A stretch of DNA of 64,000 bases from Octopus sinensis (taxonomy: Eukaryota). Shown piece by piece: positions 41,142 through 52,363 of this stretch. The notes beneath the pieces are model-generated. The model did no database searches, was not told where the DNA came from, and saw nothing but the letters and a program-made list of their open reading frames with translations. The DNA lies in contig NC_043011.1 of assembly GCF_006345805.1 (NCBI RefSeq), positions 56,122,464-56,186,463 of the forward strand, written 5' to 3'. A program made the position numbers and the translations under genes. Numbering within the stretch: position 1 is the first letter of the stretch; each line of letters opens with the position of its first letter.

Positions 41142-41846
41142 CTCACCCAATTATATACATATACGTTTATATACATAGATATACTTATACTTACAGGTTA
41201 GCACATACTAAAGATTTCCACTCAGTACTTTTATGCACTCATAGGCATATACAAACACGTCCACCCGGCAATATATATATGCACACACAGATTGTATACA
41301 CGTATGACATTATTCGCACGCATATGTAGGCACAGAACAATAAATGGTACATGGGTAAAGCCTCATACATTTGTCCATGGGTATATGGACGGGTATAGCA
41401 ATTTATGAAAGCCATTTAAATATTGAAAAACAGTTAGCTCTATCAGGATGTTTCGCACGGGTACGAAACTGCTGCTCATAGATCTGTGAAGACGGCAACG
41501 GAGACAGCGACGCCGTGACCAGCAGGAAGGGACACGGCAGGCGTTCTAACTGCGTCCACATGTCGGAATTCATCCAAAAACCACAAGACACAACCTTAGG
41601 CTTAATTCAGATGGCCATGTGAAGTTTCTGGAAACTGATCAAATCCTCGTTGGAAGGCCATATATGTAGCTGCAAGATTCAGCTCTTTGCTACACCTCCA
41701 CCATCAACGCACTATGCTAAACAAGCAAACCATTTCGAGCAAATCGTATCGGAAATGGAAATGGTTAACAAGGGAGCTAACTGAGTAAAACACAAACAAT
41801 TGAAAGAAAAGTAGACTTGATAAAAAGATACAACATTATGCACTCT

Positions 41847-42214
41847 CAGTGGCACTCCGTCGCTTACGACGACGAGGGTTCCAGTTGATCCGATCAACGG
41901 AACAGTCTGCTCGTGAAATTAACGTGCAAGTGGCTGAGCACTTTAGAGACACGTGTACCCTTAACGTAGTTCTCGGGGGAGATTCAGTGTGACACAGAGT
42001 GTGACAAGGCTGACCCCTTTGAAATTACAGGTACAACAGAAACAGTAAGAAAGGATGAGAGAACGTTGTGGTGGGTTCGCCACCACCCACTGCCGGAGCT
42101 CGTGGAGCTTTAGGCGCTTTCGCTCAATAAATACAATCCTCGGTCTGGGAATCGAAACCGCGATCCTATGACCGCGAGTTCGCTGCCCTAACCACTGGGC
42201 CATTGTGCCTCCAC
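41847..42214 (-). mobile_element. SINE family C1
   Basis: TSD attatgc(a/g)ctct at 41835-46 and 42216-27. Confidence 0.88.
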
Positions 42215-42422
42215 TATTATGCGCTCTAATAACAGGATGATGGGACGTACATTACAAAAGAGTGGCAAGAAACTTTGCGACATTGCTGGCGATGGCGTCC
42301 GGCCTTGCTCGTGACGGGAGAAAGCAATATGTGCGTGAACAACCTAACCCAAGCTTTTCTATTAGAGTTCTCTATCTTCTGGGTTATTTGTTGCCTTCGC
42401 CACGTTTGACTTACCCTTACAG

Positions 42423-42476
42423 GCTACATGTGCGCCTGGGCACCAACCAGACATTTCTACGTCGTCACGCATACAG
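42423..42476 (+). CDS. Candidate 54-nt in-frame cassette exon (ATCAPGHQPDISTSSRIQ)
   Basis: Acceptor ttgacttacccttacag|, donor CAG|GTATAG, length divisible by 3, no stop. Supported by splice signals only. Confidence 0.3.
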
Positions 42477-43254
42477 GTATAGTTTTATGTATCACATGAT
42501 TGGGTGGCGTTGACTCTCCTTACTTCAATTGCCTTTTGACGTATTTATATCAATCAGTCTAGAGAGAGAGTGAGAGAGAGAGTGAGAGAGAGAGCGCGCG
42601 AGGGGGGGAAGAGAGAGGGAAAGACTGTGATAAAGAGTAAGGCAAACAGAGAGACAGAGAGAGAGACACACACACACACAGAAGTAGGGAGGGATTGTAA
42701 GAGAGAGAGAGAGAGAGAGGTAGGGGGATTGTGATAAAGAGAGAGAGACAGAAAGACAGATAGTCAGACAGATAGAGAAAAGAGCAAGATATATGAGAAA
42801 GAAGGAGAGTTAATGAATGCGAAGGAGAGTGCATGAATGTGGGTGTTCGTGTTCCTGTGTTATGAATAACTCGTCTCTATCTCTGAGTTGTATGGATGTG
42901 CGTGCGCGCGCGCGTGTCCGTTCTTACTTTAGATTCTGTGCATTCTTTTCCTGTCTTTTTTGTCGTTAGAAACGGCAACAATTTTTTCTGTTCTGAGTTG
43001 GAATAATAATGAACGAAATTCTTCTATTTCGAGGCTTCTGGGGTCGAGATTCACTTCAATTTTTTTCCAGCGCAGCGAGTTATGTCTCAGAGTTCATAGC
43101 TTGAAGCATTTTATTACGACAAAGCATCGTTTTTGCTTAAAACCGAAGAACAAACAAACAAACAAACAAACAAAACTGGGATTTTAGTATTATTTGGATT
43201 TCAGACTATAAATTGCCAGAGATGGTATTTGTTCCCATTTTTTTTTTCTTTTTT

Positions 43255-43422
43255 TCTTTTACTTGTTTCAGTCATTTGACTGCGGCCATGCTGGAGCACC
43301 GCCTTTTTTTTAGTCGAGCAAATCGACCCCGGGACTTATTCTTTGTAAGCCCAGTACTTATTCTATCGGTCTCTTTTTGCCGAACCGCTAAGTGACGGGG
43401 ATGTAAACACACCAGCACACAA

Positions 43423-43473
<51 letters not shown>

Positions 43474-43653
43474 ATATATACACATATATACGACAGGCTT
43501 CTTTCAGTTTCCGTCTACCAAATCCACTCACAAGGCTTTGGTCGGCCCGGGGCTATAGCGGAAGACACTTGCCCAAGATGCCACGCAGTGGGACTGAACC
43601 CGGAACCATGTGGTTGGTTAGCAAGCTACTTACCACACAGCCACTCCTGCGCC
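43255..43653 (-). mobile_element. CORE-type SINE family A, full length
   Basis: rc of the 6749 structure. Confidence 0.9.
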
Positions 43654-44471
43654 ATGGTGATCAAATTTGCCATTCATCCTTTCAAGGTTGATTAAAAAAA
43701 AAGAAACGAACAATCGAGAACGGTGGACAGCAGAACTGTAAGAATATCGGAGTGGATGCCTTGCGTCGTAACGGTTCTTTGCATTCTGAGTTCAAATCCT
43801 GTAATGGCCAACTCAGTGGCCTAGCTTTAGAAAGCGCTGCCCCGAGGCGGCCCCTAAGTTGTCTGCACTTTCCCCCCACCCATCTGCGCTCCTACGTAGG
43901 CTTATACAGTAGACCCAAAAGTGCCGCCCCCATAAAAGCTTCAAACGAGGCGGATCGCCCCTCTCCCCATCGCCTATCCTTCGCTACCCTCCTGGGCCTA
44001 CATTGGTTGTAGGCTTAATCTGTAGCCAAGTTTAACACCACCACCGCCAGGAACTATGGGTGACTTTAGCGCAATCCACTCTGTTACAAGCATTTGTGCC
44101 TGGTCTGTGGTTTGAGGATATCCTCTTCTGGTTTGAGGATATCTTCATCTTTCCCTCACGGTCTTCTTTCTTAATTAAAAGAAATTTTTAAAATTCCAGT
44201 TTCGAAGTGAGAATAAATATTTACTATTGAAATATCGGTTTCGGGAATGCTCTATATAACCATCTTGCCTGCTTTCATCTTCTATGACTCATCAGATTTT
44301 CTGCTAAAAAGTTATTTATTTATTTTCTTATCTTTATTCTACTTTCACTAAAAGTTCTATTTCTTGCACAAACATCGACAATGGCTACTTATTACGACGA
44401 CGGTTATTTGATCTTGTCTTGTTTATCTAACTTAATTCCTCTTTTAACGATTTTAATATCTCTATTCTTTT

Positions 44472-44670
44472 AAGGCGGCGAACTGGCAGAATTGTTTGCA
44501 GACTGTACAAAAATTTTTTGCGGCATTTCGCCCGTCTTTACTCCAAGGTCAACTTTGCCTTTCATCCTTTTGGGAGTCGATAAAATAAGTACCAGTTGAA
44601 TACTGGAGTCGATGTAATTGTCTTATCCCCCACCACCACGAAATTGCTGGCCTTGTACTAAAATTTGACA
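44472..44670 (+). mobile_element. Diverged SINE B2
   Basis: aaggcggcgaactggcagaa..aggtcaactttgcctttcatcc..gctggccttgtactaaaatttga. Confidence 0.75.
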
Positions 44671-44871
44671 TCGATAGTTCTGTTTTTTTTTTTTTTCCAA
44701 CAAGCCATAAATATCTTTTCCACGATGTCACTTTCCGTAATATCTTTCCCACGTGAAGTTAACTCTGTATTCCAGTTTTTCATTGATCTAATAAAATTTG
44801 ATATGTCATCAAACACTTGTACCAGCTCGAGACTTTCTATTATTATTATATTATTATTATTATTATTATTA

Positions 44872-44908
<37 letters not shown>

Positions 44909-44930
44909 ATTATTATTATTATTAATCATG

Positions 44931-45000
<70 letters not shown>

Positions 45001-45087
45001 TCTAGCATTAACACAAGGTCAAGTATTTGGGAGAAGGGTCAAATATATTGAAGCTATAATCTTACTTCGTAACCAACCCCTGTATAT

Positions 45088-45213
<126 letters not shown>

Positions 45214-45297
45214 CATATATATACATATATATACATATATACATATATTTTCGTATTGAAATAATATATTTTTTATTGGCTCTTTCCTACTTTACAG

Positions 45298-45492
45298 CCT
45301 CAGGATTCCGAGTACTTGAGTATGAAATTGCAAAATCTACTACGCAGATCAGAGTTATCCGACTCAGCTGTTAAAGGCTTGCTTGATCACAGGACAAAAA
45401 GAGTTTTCTGCAATACTTTTGGAGGTTGTACAAGTCTCTTGCGCTCCGTCGCTTTGAAAAACAGAAGAGCTTCCGTGCTTTCGTCTCACTGA
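45298..45492 (+). CDS. CCAP: CCAP-like precursor, peptide-coding exon
   Basis: Strong acceptor ttttattggctctttcctactttacag|. Phase-0 translation [64 protein letters not shown]. FCNxFGGC after KR matches the CCAP family. Confidence 0.88.
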   Translation, partial: PQDSEYLSMKLQNLLRRSELSDSAVKGLLDHRTKRVFCNTFGGCTSLLRSVALKNRRASVLSSH

Positions 45493-45600
45493 AATCGTCG
45501 ACTTTAAAATAAATTAAGGTAAAATTAAATTAAAGGATAAAATCTTAAAACTTTTCCCAAGTTTATATAATCGATTCATTTCCAGCGAAACACGTTATAA

Positions 45601-45960
45601 ATCTGTATGTATGTCTAAATTTATGTATGTCATTATTCAGTTTTATTTCAAGGTGTCTTGCCAATAGAGAAAGGGTCGGTTTCTAACCTAGATCCAAGGC
45701 TCTTTCATTGAAATTTCAACATCAACAACAGGGTATTTTCGTTTGTATGTATGTATATATGCAGATTTGTATCCTTTGTTTTATGTATGTATTTTCATGC
45801 ATATACTTGCATATCTCGATATGCTCATAGATATACTTAAATGATAAACTTCTGGAAAGTTTTATAGATTTTTACAGTTCCAGTGATGGATTGGATCTGT
45901 AATCTTCGAATCAGCTTTCACCTTTCTGGTTTTGAGAAGACTAATTTTTCAAGATTGGTA
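45601..45960 (+). mobile_element. Dispersed repeat family D
   Basis: Inverted match at 30572-30780. Confidence 0.7.
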
Positions 45961-45977
45961 TTTAGGCAGTGTTTTAC

Positions 45978-46008
<31 letters not shown>

Positions 46009-46036
46009 TGTATGTGTATGTATGTATGTATGTATG

Positions 46037-46272
46037 TGTCAGGCATGTGGAAGAGAGTGTAATTCGGCAGGAGGACTTAAACGACATACAAAGGTACATG
46101 AAGCCCAGTTACAACTACAGCCGGCTATTACCGGTAAAGGTTTTAGCTGCCAATTCTGTACTACAAGACATTGTAGATCTTTAGTTGGGCTAAAAAGTCA
46201 CATTCGATCACAGCACCAATAACAGTTAAGCTTCGTGCAATGGCCATACTCGATAACGAGGGGGCAGCCATC
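46037..46272 (+). mobile_element. RTE-type LINE 3' fragment with two zinc fingers
   Basis: CQACGRECNSAGGLKRHTKVH..CQFCTTRHCRSLVGLKSHIRSQH*; (ATGT)n on both sides. Confidence 0.7.
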
Positions 46273-46389
46273 ATGTATGTATGTATGTATGTATGTATGT
46301 ATGTATGTATGTATGTATGTATGTATGCGTGTAGGTATGCGTGTGTGAGTGTGTGTGTATCAGTCGCCATGACTGATCGCTAAATCCAC

Positions 46390-46537
46390 AAGTTTTTTTA
46401 TTCTCTCTCTGTTTATTTCTTCATATTCCTTTCTGATGAAGAGCATAGGCTCGAAACGTAAAAGATTTTTTCCCTTTCTCGAGCGTCAAACTGATACACC
46501 TGCTTGTTGTTCATATACCTGTCTTCGTCTTTTGTAT
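46390..46537 (+). mobile_element. Penelope-like pLTR fragment
   Basis: Carries a minimal hammerhead-like motif of the kind known from Penelope-like elements; assignment by motif only. Confidence 0.5.
46429..46464 (+). ncRNA. Candidate minimal type I hammerhead ribozyme
   Basis: CTTT-CTGATGA-A-GAGC(ATAG)GCTC-GAAA-CGT-A-AAAG: core, stem II, palindromic ACGT stem III, GUA site, 4-bp stem I. Confidence 0.5.
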
Positions 46538-46612
46538 TTCAGCAAAATTGCCATTACTCTGATAATGTCGGAGGAAATCAAACGAAATTTATACTGAATA
46601 AAATATATTATA

Positions 46613-46837
46613 TTTTGTGTTGGTGCATAATTATTGCGGCTTTTTTCCCCCAAACAATAACAACGTGTAACAAAAACATCTTTAAATGATTATTACGTAG
46701 CGTATTCACAATCTACTTCAATTTGCTTGACAGACGGTCAGACCGTCATTTAAAGATGTCTTTTGTTAAATATTGTTATTGTTTTTGTTGAATAAAATTT
46801 GTTGAAAAAAAGCCACTATAATTATGGACCAACCCAA
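46613..46837. mobile_element. Mariner-type fold-back MITE inside the Tc1 left TIR
   Basis: TIRs tt(g/t)gttggt(g/c)cataattat..ggcttttt; duplicated TA; removing it restores the match to the right TIR. Confidence 0.85.
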
Positions 46838-47617
46838 TACATGGAAACATTATATAAATTTGGAACGCAATACAGTAAACATTTTCAAAGATATGAACGA
46901 AATATTAATTTTCAAACGAGACAAAAACATGTCCACTTTAAAGGATTACTTGCTACATTCAATATTTTATCCGCTTTTTTTTTACTAACTTCAGATATTG
47001 CTGATAATTTCAATTCTAATAAATTATTTCTCTTGGCATTTTTCACCTGTCATCGTTATTGCATCTGCAGGAATTCTGATTTGTGTTCTGCGGGGAAAAT
47101 CTTCTTCATCCTGATTAAAATGGCACGAAAAGGAAAAGAATTCTCTAAAGATTTGAAGAAAATTATCTTTAATTTGCACAAGAATGGTTTAGGATCCAAG
47201 CTAATTAGCAAACGAATACATATTAGCGAAAACGAAGTTGCCAAACTAATTCAGAAGTACAAAGCTACTGGACGGCTAAGCAATAGACATCGCCCAGGTC
47301 GTCTTTCTAGTTTAACTGTGCGTGATATTTGCCACATCCAACGTTGCGTGATGGACGACAGACGTCGTACCGCTTCATCTTTGGCTCAAGAAGTGTCTTC
47401 TGTTAGTGGAAAGAATGTATCCGCCCAAACGGTTCGCCGAAGTTTGAACCAGTGTGGTCTTCATGGACGGATTCCTCGTAGGAAGCTTCTCCTCAGGCAT
47501 AAATCAAGTCGTCTTTCTTTTGCCGAAACCTATGTCAGTAAGGGGAAGGTTTTTTTCAATAAAATTTTTTTCATCTGACGAGACTAAAATCAACTTGTTT
47601 GAGTCAGGTGATATTAA

Positions 47618-48009
47618 TGGATGGAAGCACTCCGTCGGTTACGACGACGAGGGTTCCGGTTGATCCGAATCAACGGAACAGCCTGCTCTTGAAATCAACG
47701 TGTAAGTGGCTGAGCACTCCACAGACACGTGTACCCTTAACGTAGTTCTCGGGGATATTCAGCGTGACACAGAGAGTGACAAGGCCGGCCCTTTGAAATA
47801 CAGGTACAACAGAAACAGGAAGTAAGAGTGAGAGAAAGTTGTGGTGAAAGAGTACAGCAGGGATCACCACCATCACTTGCCGGAGCCTCGTGGAGCTTTA
47901 GGTGTTTTTTTCGCTCAATAAACACTCACAACGCCCGGTCTGGGAATCGAAACCGCGATCCTATGACCGCGAGTCCGCTGCCCTAACCACTGGGCCATTT
48001 CGCCTCCAC
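47618..48009 (-). mobile_element. SINE family C1 in the Tc1 ORF
   Basis: 11-bp TSD ggtgatattaa at 47607-17 and 48011-21. Confidence 0.9.
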
Positions 48010-48321
48010 GGGTGATATTAAACGAGTATGGGGACGACCAGGTGAAGATAATAGCGACAAATGCACCGTACCCAGTGTAAAATACGTCGGCGGAAGTGTT
48101 ATACTTTGGGGATGCATGAGTGCGGCTGATGTGGGAGGACTCACCTTTATTAAGATAACAACGGATTCAAGGCTTTATGGTGACATATTGCAGAAAACAA
48201 TGTTGAAAAGCATCAAAGAACTAGGAAGACATTCCATGTTCCAACATGATAATGACCCTAAACATACTTCAAAGATGACGACTAAGTTTTTACCAGATAA
48301 AAAGGTAAAGATATTGCCATG

Positions 48322-48908
48322 ACGGCGACCTGGCAGAAACGTTAGCACGCCGGGCGAAATGCGTAGCTGTATTTCGTCTGCCGTTACGTTCTGAGTTCAA
48401 ATTACGCCGAGGTCGACTTTGCCTTTCGGGGTCGATAAATTAAGTACCAGTTACGCACTGGGGTCGATGTAATCGACTTAATCCGTTTGTCTGTCGTCCT
48501 TGTTTGTTCCCTCTATGTTTAGCCCCTTGTGGGCAATAAAGAAATAGATATTTCGTCTGCCGCTACGTTCTGAGTTCAAATTCCGCCGAGGTCGACTTAT
48601 CCTTTCGGGGTCGATAAATTAAGCACCAGTTACGCACTGGGGTCGATGTAATCGACTTAATCCGTTTGTCTGTCCTTGTTTGTCCTATCTGTGTTTAGCA
48701 CCTTATGAGTAGTAAAGAAATAGATATTTCTTCTGCCGTTACGTTCTGAGTTCAAATTACGCCGAGGTCGACTTTGCCTTTCATCCTTTCGGGGTCGATT
48801 AAATAAGTACCAGTTGCGCACTGGGGTCGATGTAATCGACTTAATCCGTTTGTCTGTCGTCCTTGTTTGTCCCCTCTATGTTTAGCCCCTTGTGGGTAAT
48901 AAAGAAAC
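48322..48908 (+). mobile_element. SINE family B head-to-tail trimer in the Tc1 ORF
   Basis: Single 13-bp TSD agatattgccatg at 48309-21 and 48909-21; junctions near 48548 and 48724. Confidence 0.92.
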
Positions 48909-49383
48909 AGATATTGCCATGGCTTACCATGTCACCTGATTTAAGCCCAATAAAACATATGTTGGGTGTTTTGAAAAGGAAGGTTGAGGAGAAAAAACCC
49001 TGCAATCTAACACAGTTGAAAGACATCATTCATGATAAATGGAGGTTGATTTAATCGGCTGTGTGCGGAACTTTAGTCAATTCTATGCCCAGAAGACTTT
49101 ATGTAGTCATTAAAAGCAAGGATGGTTACAACAAATATTGAATGTAGCAAGTAATCCTTTAAGGTGGACATATTTTTGTATCGTTTGAAAATTAATATTT
49201 CGTTCATATCTTTGAAAATGTTTATTGTTTTGTGTTACAAAATTGTATAATGTTTGCATGTATAATATATTTTATTCAGTATAAATTTCGATTGATTTCC
49301 TTTGATATTATCAGAGTAATGGCAGCTTTGCTGAATTTTTAGGGGTGTACATCCTTCTGTGAGATACTGTATATATATATATA

Positions 49384-49583
49384 TAAATGAAAGAATGGAG
49401 TCGAACGACGACTTTAACAAAATTCCTTTACTCTCGACATATGTTTCGAAGACTGCATATTCTCAATTCCGAAGGAATAGAGGGTGTTATTCCTTCGGAA
49501 TTGAAAATATGCAGTCTTCGAAACATGTGTCGAGAGTAAAGGAATTTTGTTAAAATCGTCGTTCGACTCCATTCTTTCATTTA
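49384..49583. repeat. Long inverted repeat: 96-bp arms, 8-nt loop, 3 mismatches
   Basis: 49384-49479 pairs with 49488-49583. Confidence 0.95.
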
Positions 49584-49734
49584 TTCATAGTTAAGAAAAA
49601 CACACAAATTTCCACACGAGAACACGGGATTTCTGCCCTTGGCATGTAGCTTCAACCGTGTTTTCTGACGTGAATTTGCTACCCAGGTATCGGTTAACCG
49701 AATTATCCATACTAGGATAATTCATTCACCTACT

Positions 49735-49787
<53 letters not shown>

Positions 49788-50935
49788 GGGAGAGAGAGAG
49801 AGAGAAGAGGAGAAAGAGAGGGAGAGAGAGAAATATGGGTGTGTGCGCGCACGTGTCTATAAAGACACGCCTGCGAGTGTTTATTGAAAATTTTGTACTT
49901 GATATCTCCAAACCAATCAACTATTTGTTATTCACCAGATATATAAATATATATATGGCGAGCTTTCCGTGTACTAAATTCATTCACAATAAATTAATCG
50001 GTCCAGGGCTATAGTAGAAGTGGTACTGAACTCGAAGCCAGGTGTTTACATAGCGAGATTTTTTAACCATACAGTCATTCCTTGTGTTGTCTGCCGTTTG
50101 TGGATACGCTGTTTCTGAATATTCTGAAATCGTGAACTCCAGAAATATCCTGTTTATCGGCTGCTTTTGTTTAGCTTTTAGTCCTAGTAAAGAAACTCAT
50201 TGACTGCCGCTTTTATTCAGATCTATTGTAAGAACTGATTGGGTTTATTTGAAATTCAGGCTAATGTTGTCCTGCCGTTTGTGGTTTCTGAATATTTGGT
50301 ACAACACAAGGTATCATGTTTTTGAGTACATTAAAATGAAGGGAGCAGAGCTACAGTGAATAAGAATGACTATGTTTATGAGTGTTTTTTAATGTGCATT
50401 CTTACTAAATCGATTCCACAAACGTATTTCCTACAAAAAGAAATCTGTTTTTTGCCTCTAGCAGCCAAACTTTGCTTTACCCTTATATTTTCATTTATAT
50501 TTTATTTCCCATAATCTTTGTTTATCGCTTCTATATGTGTGCGTGTGTTCTCTACTTCTAAAAACAATTGTATATTTGAAGACAGTTGGCTTTTTTTTAC
50601 CATAAACATGCATCCTTGCGCTACTCTAATAATCACTAGTTTTATAATAATCATTATTTTCACGGGATTTCTTGTTGTCGTCATGCAGTTATGTTCTTTG
50701 GGAGGCGGGGGTCTTAGTATTCTAATCAATTTTAATGGGAGAAAGAGGATCCCAGTCCTTTATCGATTTTGAAAGAATGAAACCCAAAGTTCACCTCGAC
50801 AAAAACTTGACATCAAAGCACAGAAAGTTGCAACACAAGACATACTATTCGATGCTCTGTCGCTTATGCTAATGTACATTATAATGAATGCATACATATA
50901 AGTTTAGATGAATGGTACTTAGTTATATCAATATA

Positions 50936-51167
50936 AGGCGGCGAGCTGGCAGAAACGTTAGCACGCCGGGCGAAATGCGTAGCCGTATTTCGTCTGCCGT
51001 TACGTTCTGAGTTCAAATTCCGCCGAGGTCGACTTTGCCTTTCATCCTTTCGGGGTCGATAAATTAGGTACCAGTTACGCACTGGGGTCGATATAATCGA
51101 CTTAATCCGTTTGTTTGTCCTTGTTTGTCCCCGCTGTGTTTAGCCCCTTGTGGATAGTAAAGAAATA
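50936..51167 (+). mobile_element. SINE family B, full length
   Basis: 22-bp TSD ggtacttagttatat(c/t)aatata at 50914-35 and 51168-89. Confidence 0.92.
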
Positions 51168-51323
51168 GGTACTTAGTTATATTAATATAATGCACAAAAC
51201 AAATAAGTCAGGCTTTTGCTTTTTTGTTCTGTTTTGTTTTTTTTTGTTTTTGGTGGGGTTTTTTTTTTTTTGTTTTTTCGAGACTAACACCATTCTTTTT
51301 CTTTTTCTTTTTTCTGTTTACAG

Positions 51324-51430
51324 ATGGAAGAATTATTGCAAATTATGGAATCGATTGTACACATTACCGCCATCCGAAATAAATTTTCATGTATTTCACT
51401 GAATTAAAATAGTTTTTCCCTAAAAAGGAA
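51324..51430 (+). other. Candidate terminal 3'UTR exon of the CCAP-like gene
   Basis: Branch-point-like GACTAAC 51282-88, long pyrimidine tract, CAG| at 51323; AATAAA 51378-83 and ATTAAA 51403-08; upstream donor AAG|GTAAAA at 45518/19. End is approximate. Confidence 0.4.
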
Positions 51431-51609
51431 TTTAAATGCTGTATTCTTCAATCGTTTGTGTTCGTGTTTCTTTTCGTTTCTGTTTTGTTTTCCTTATCAC
51501 TGGGCTTCGATTTCAAACTGCTCGCGGATCGATTACTTGTCAAAATGAATTTACACACCGCACACACACATACAACAGATACAATAATACAACATTCATA
51601 CATACATAA

Positions 51610-51643
<34 letters not shown>

Positions 51644-51927
51644 AAGGCCAAAAGAAAAACATTCTAATGCCATATATGCCGAAAATAGACAAATTGTCAA
51701 TAACCATATAATTTATCACTACAAGCACGCGTCTCGAAGTAAGCCGACAGAAATTTCAAAAAATTCCGTTATTATCGTATCGGTCCCAATTTCAGAGTTA
51801 ATTCATAAGAATTTTCTCCTCGACAGCGATAAATACGGTAAGAAATAAATGAAATACATACCCATGGAAGAATTTTGGATATATTTGGGGTACTTAGGTG
51901 TGCTCATGACTTAGTGTTTGCTTCTTA

Positions 51928-51963
<36 letters not shown>

Positions 51964-52363
51964 CATTACACATTACACACACAATATATTCTATTCTATT
52001 CTATTATAAAAAAGCTAACATACATATGCGGTCCGGTAGAATAAGTAGGACAAATAGAAGTATATAAATATATATACATATACATGAGTGCTTTTCTTAA
52101 AATTTTCAGTCGACAGAAAGCTGCAGAAGTGGCTCAATTTCGTACATAGGAACAATCAAACTGAGTTTAACATTTTCTAGAATAATCTATGATAAAAAAT
52201 ATCGAAGAGTCACTTGAATTTAGTGAGTTTTTAAATATATTCTGGATAGGTTTGAAAGAAAATAAATCGTAGGCTTGCTTTGTCTTTGTTTTCCATCTCA
52301 AAGATGTTTCGGGCAGGTTAATTGAAAATGCACAATTTTCACGTGACTGTAATCGAACATTCG

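Larger units (their letters stand above)
46538..49369 (+). mobile_element. Tc1-family transposon with ~235-bp TIRs and three nested insertions
   Basis: Transposase MARKGKEFSKDLKK.., SSDETKINLF, MFQHDNDPKHT, SPDLSPIKH. Right end rc CAGTATCTCACAGAAGG..+TA; left TIR lacks ~30 terminal bp. Confidence 0.9.

Noticed and set aside
41484-41627. Possible exon ICEDGNGDSDAVTSRKGHGRRSNC..*
   Set aside because: Weak acceptor, no recognisable homology, and it would truncate the precursor.
46799-47578. 259-aa ORF as an intact or domesticated gene
   Set aside because: It is the N-terminal half of a Tc1 transposase, frameshifted and interrupted by SINEs.
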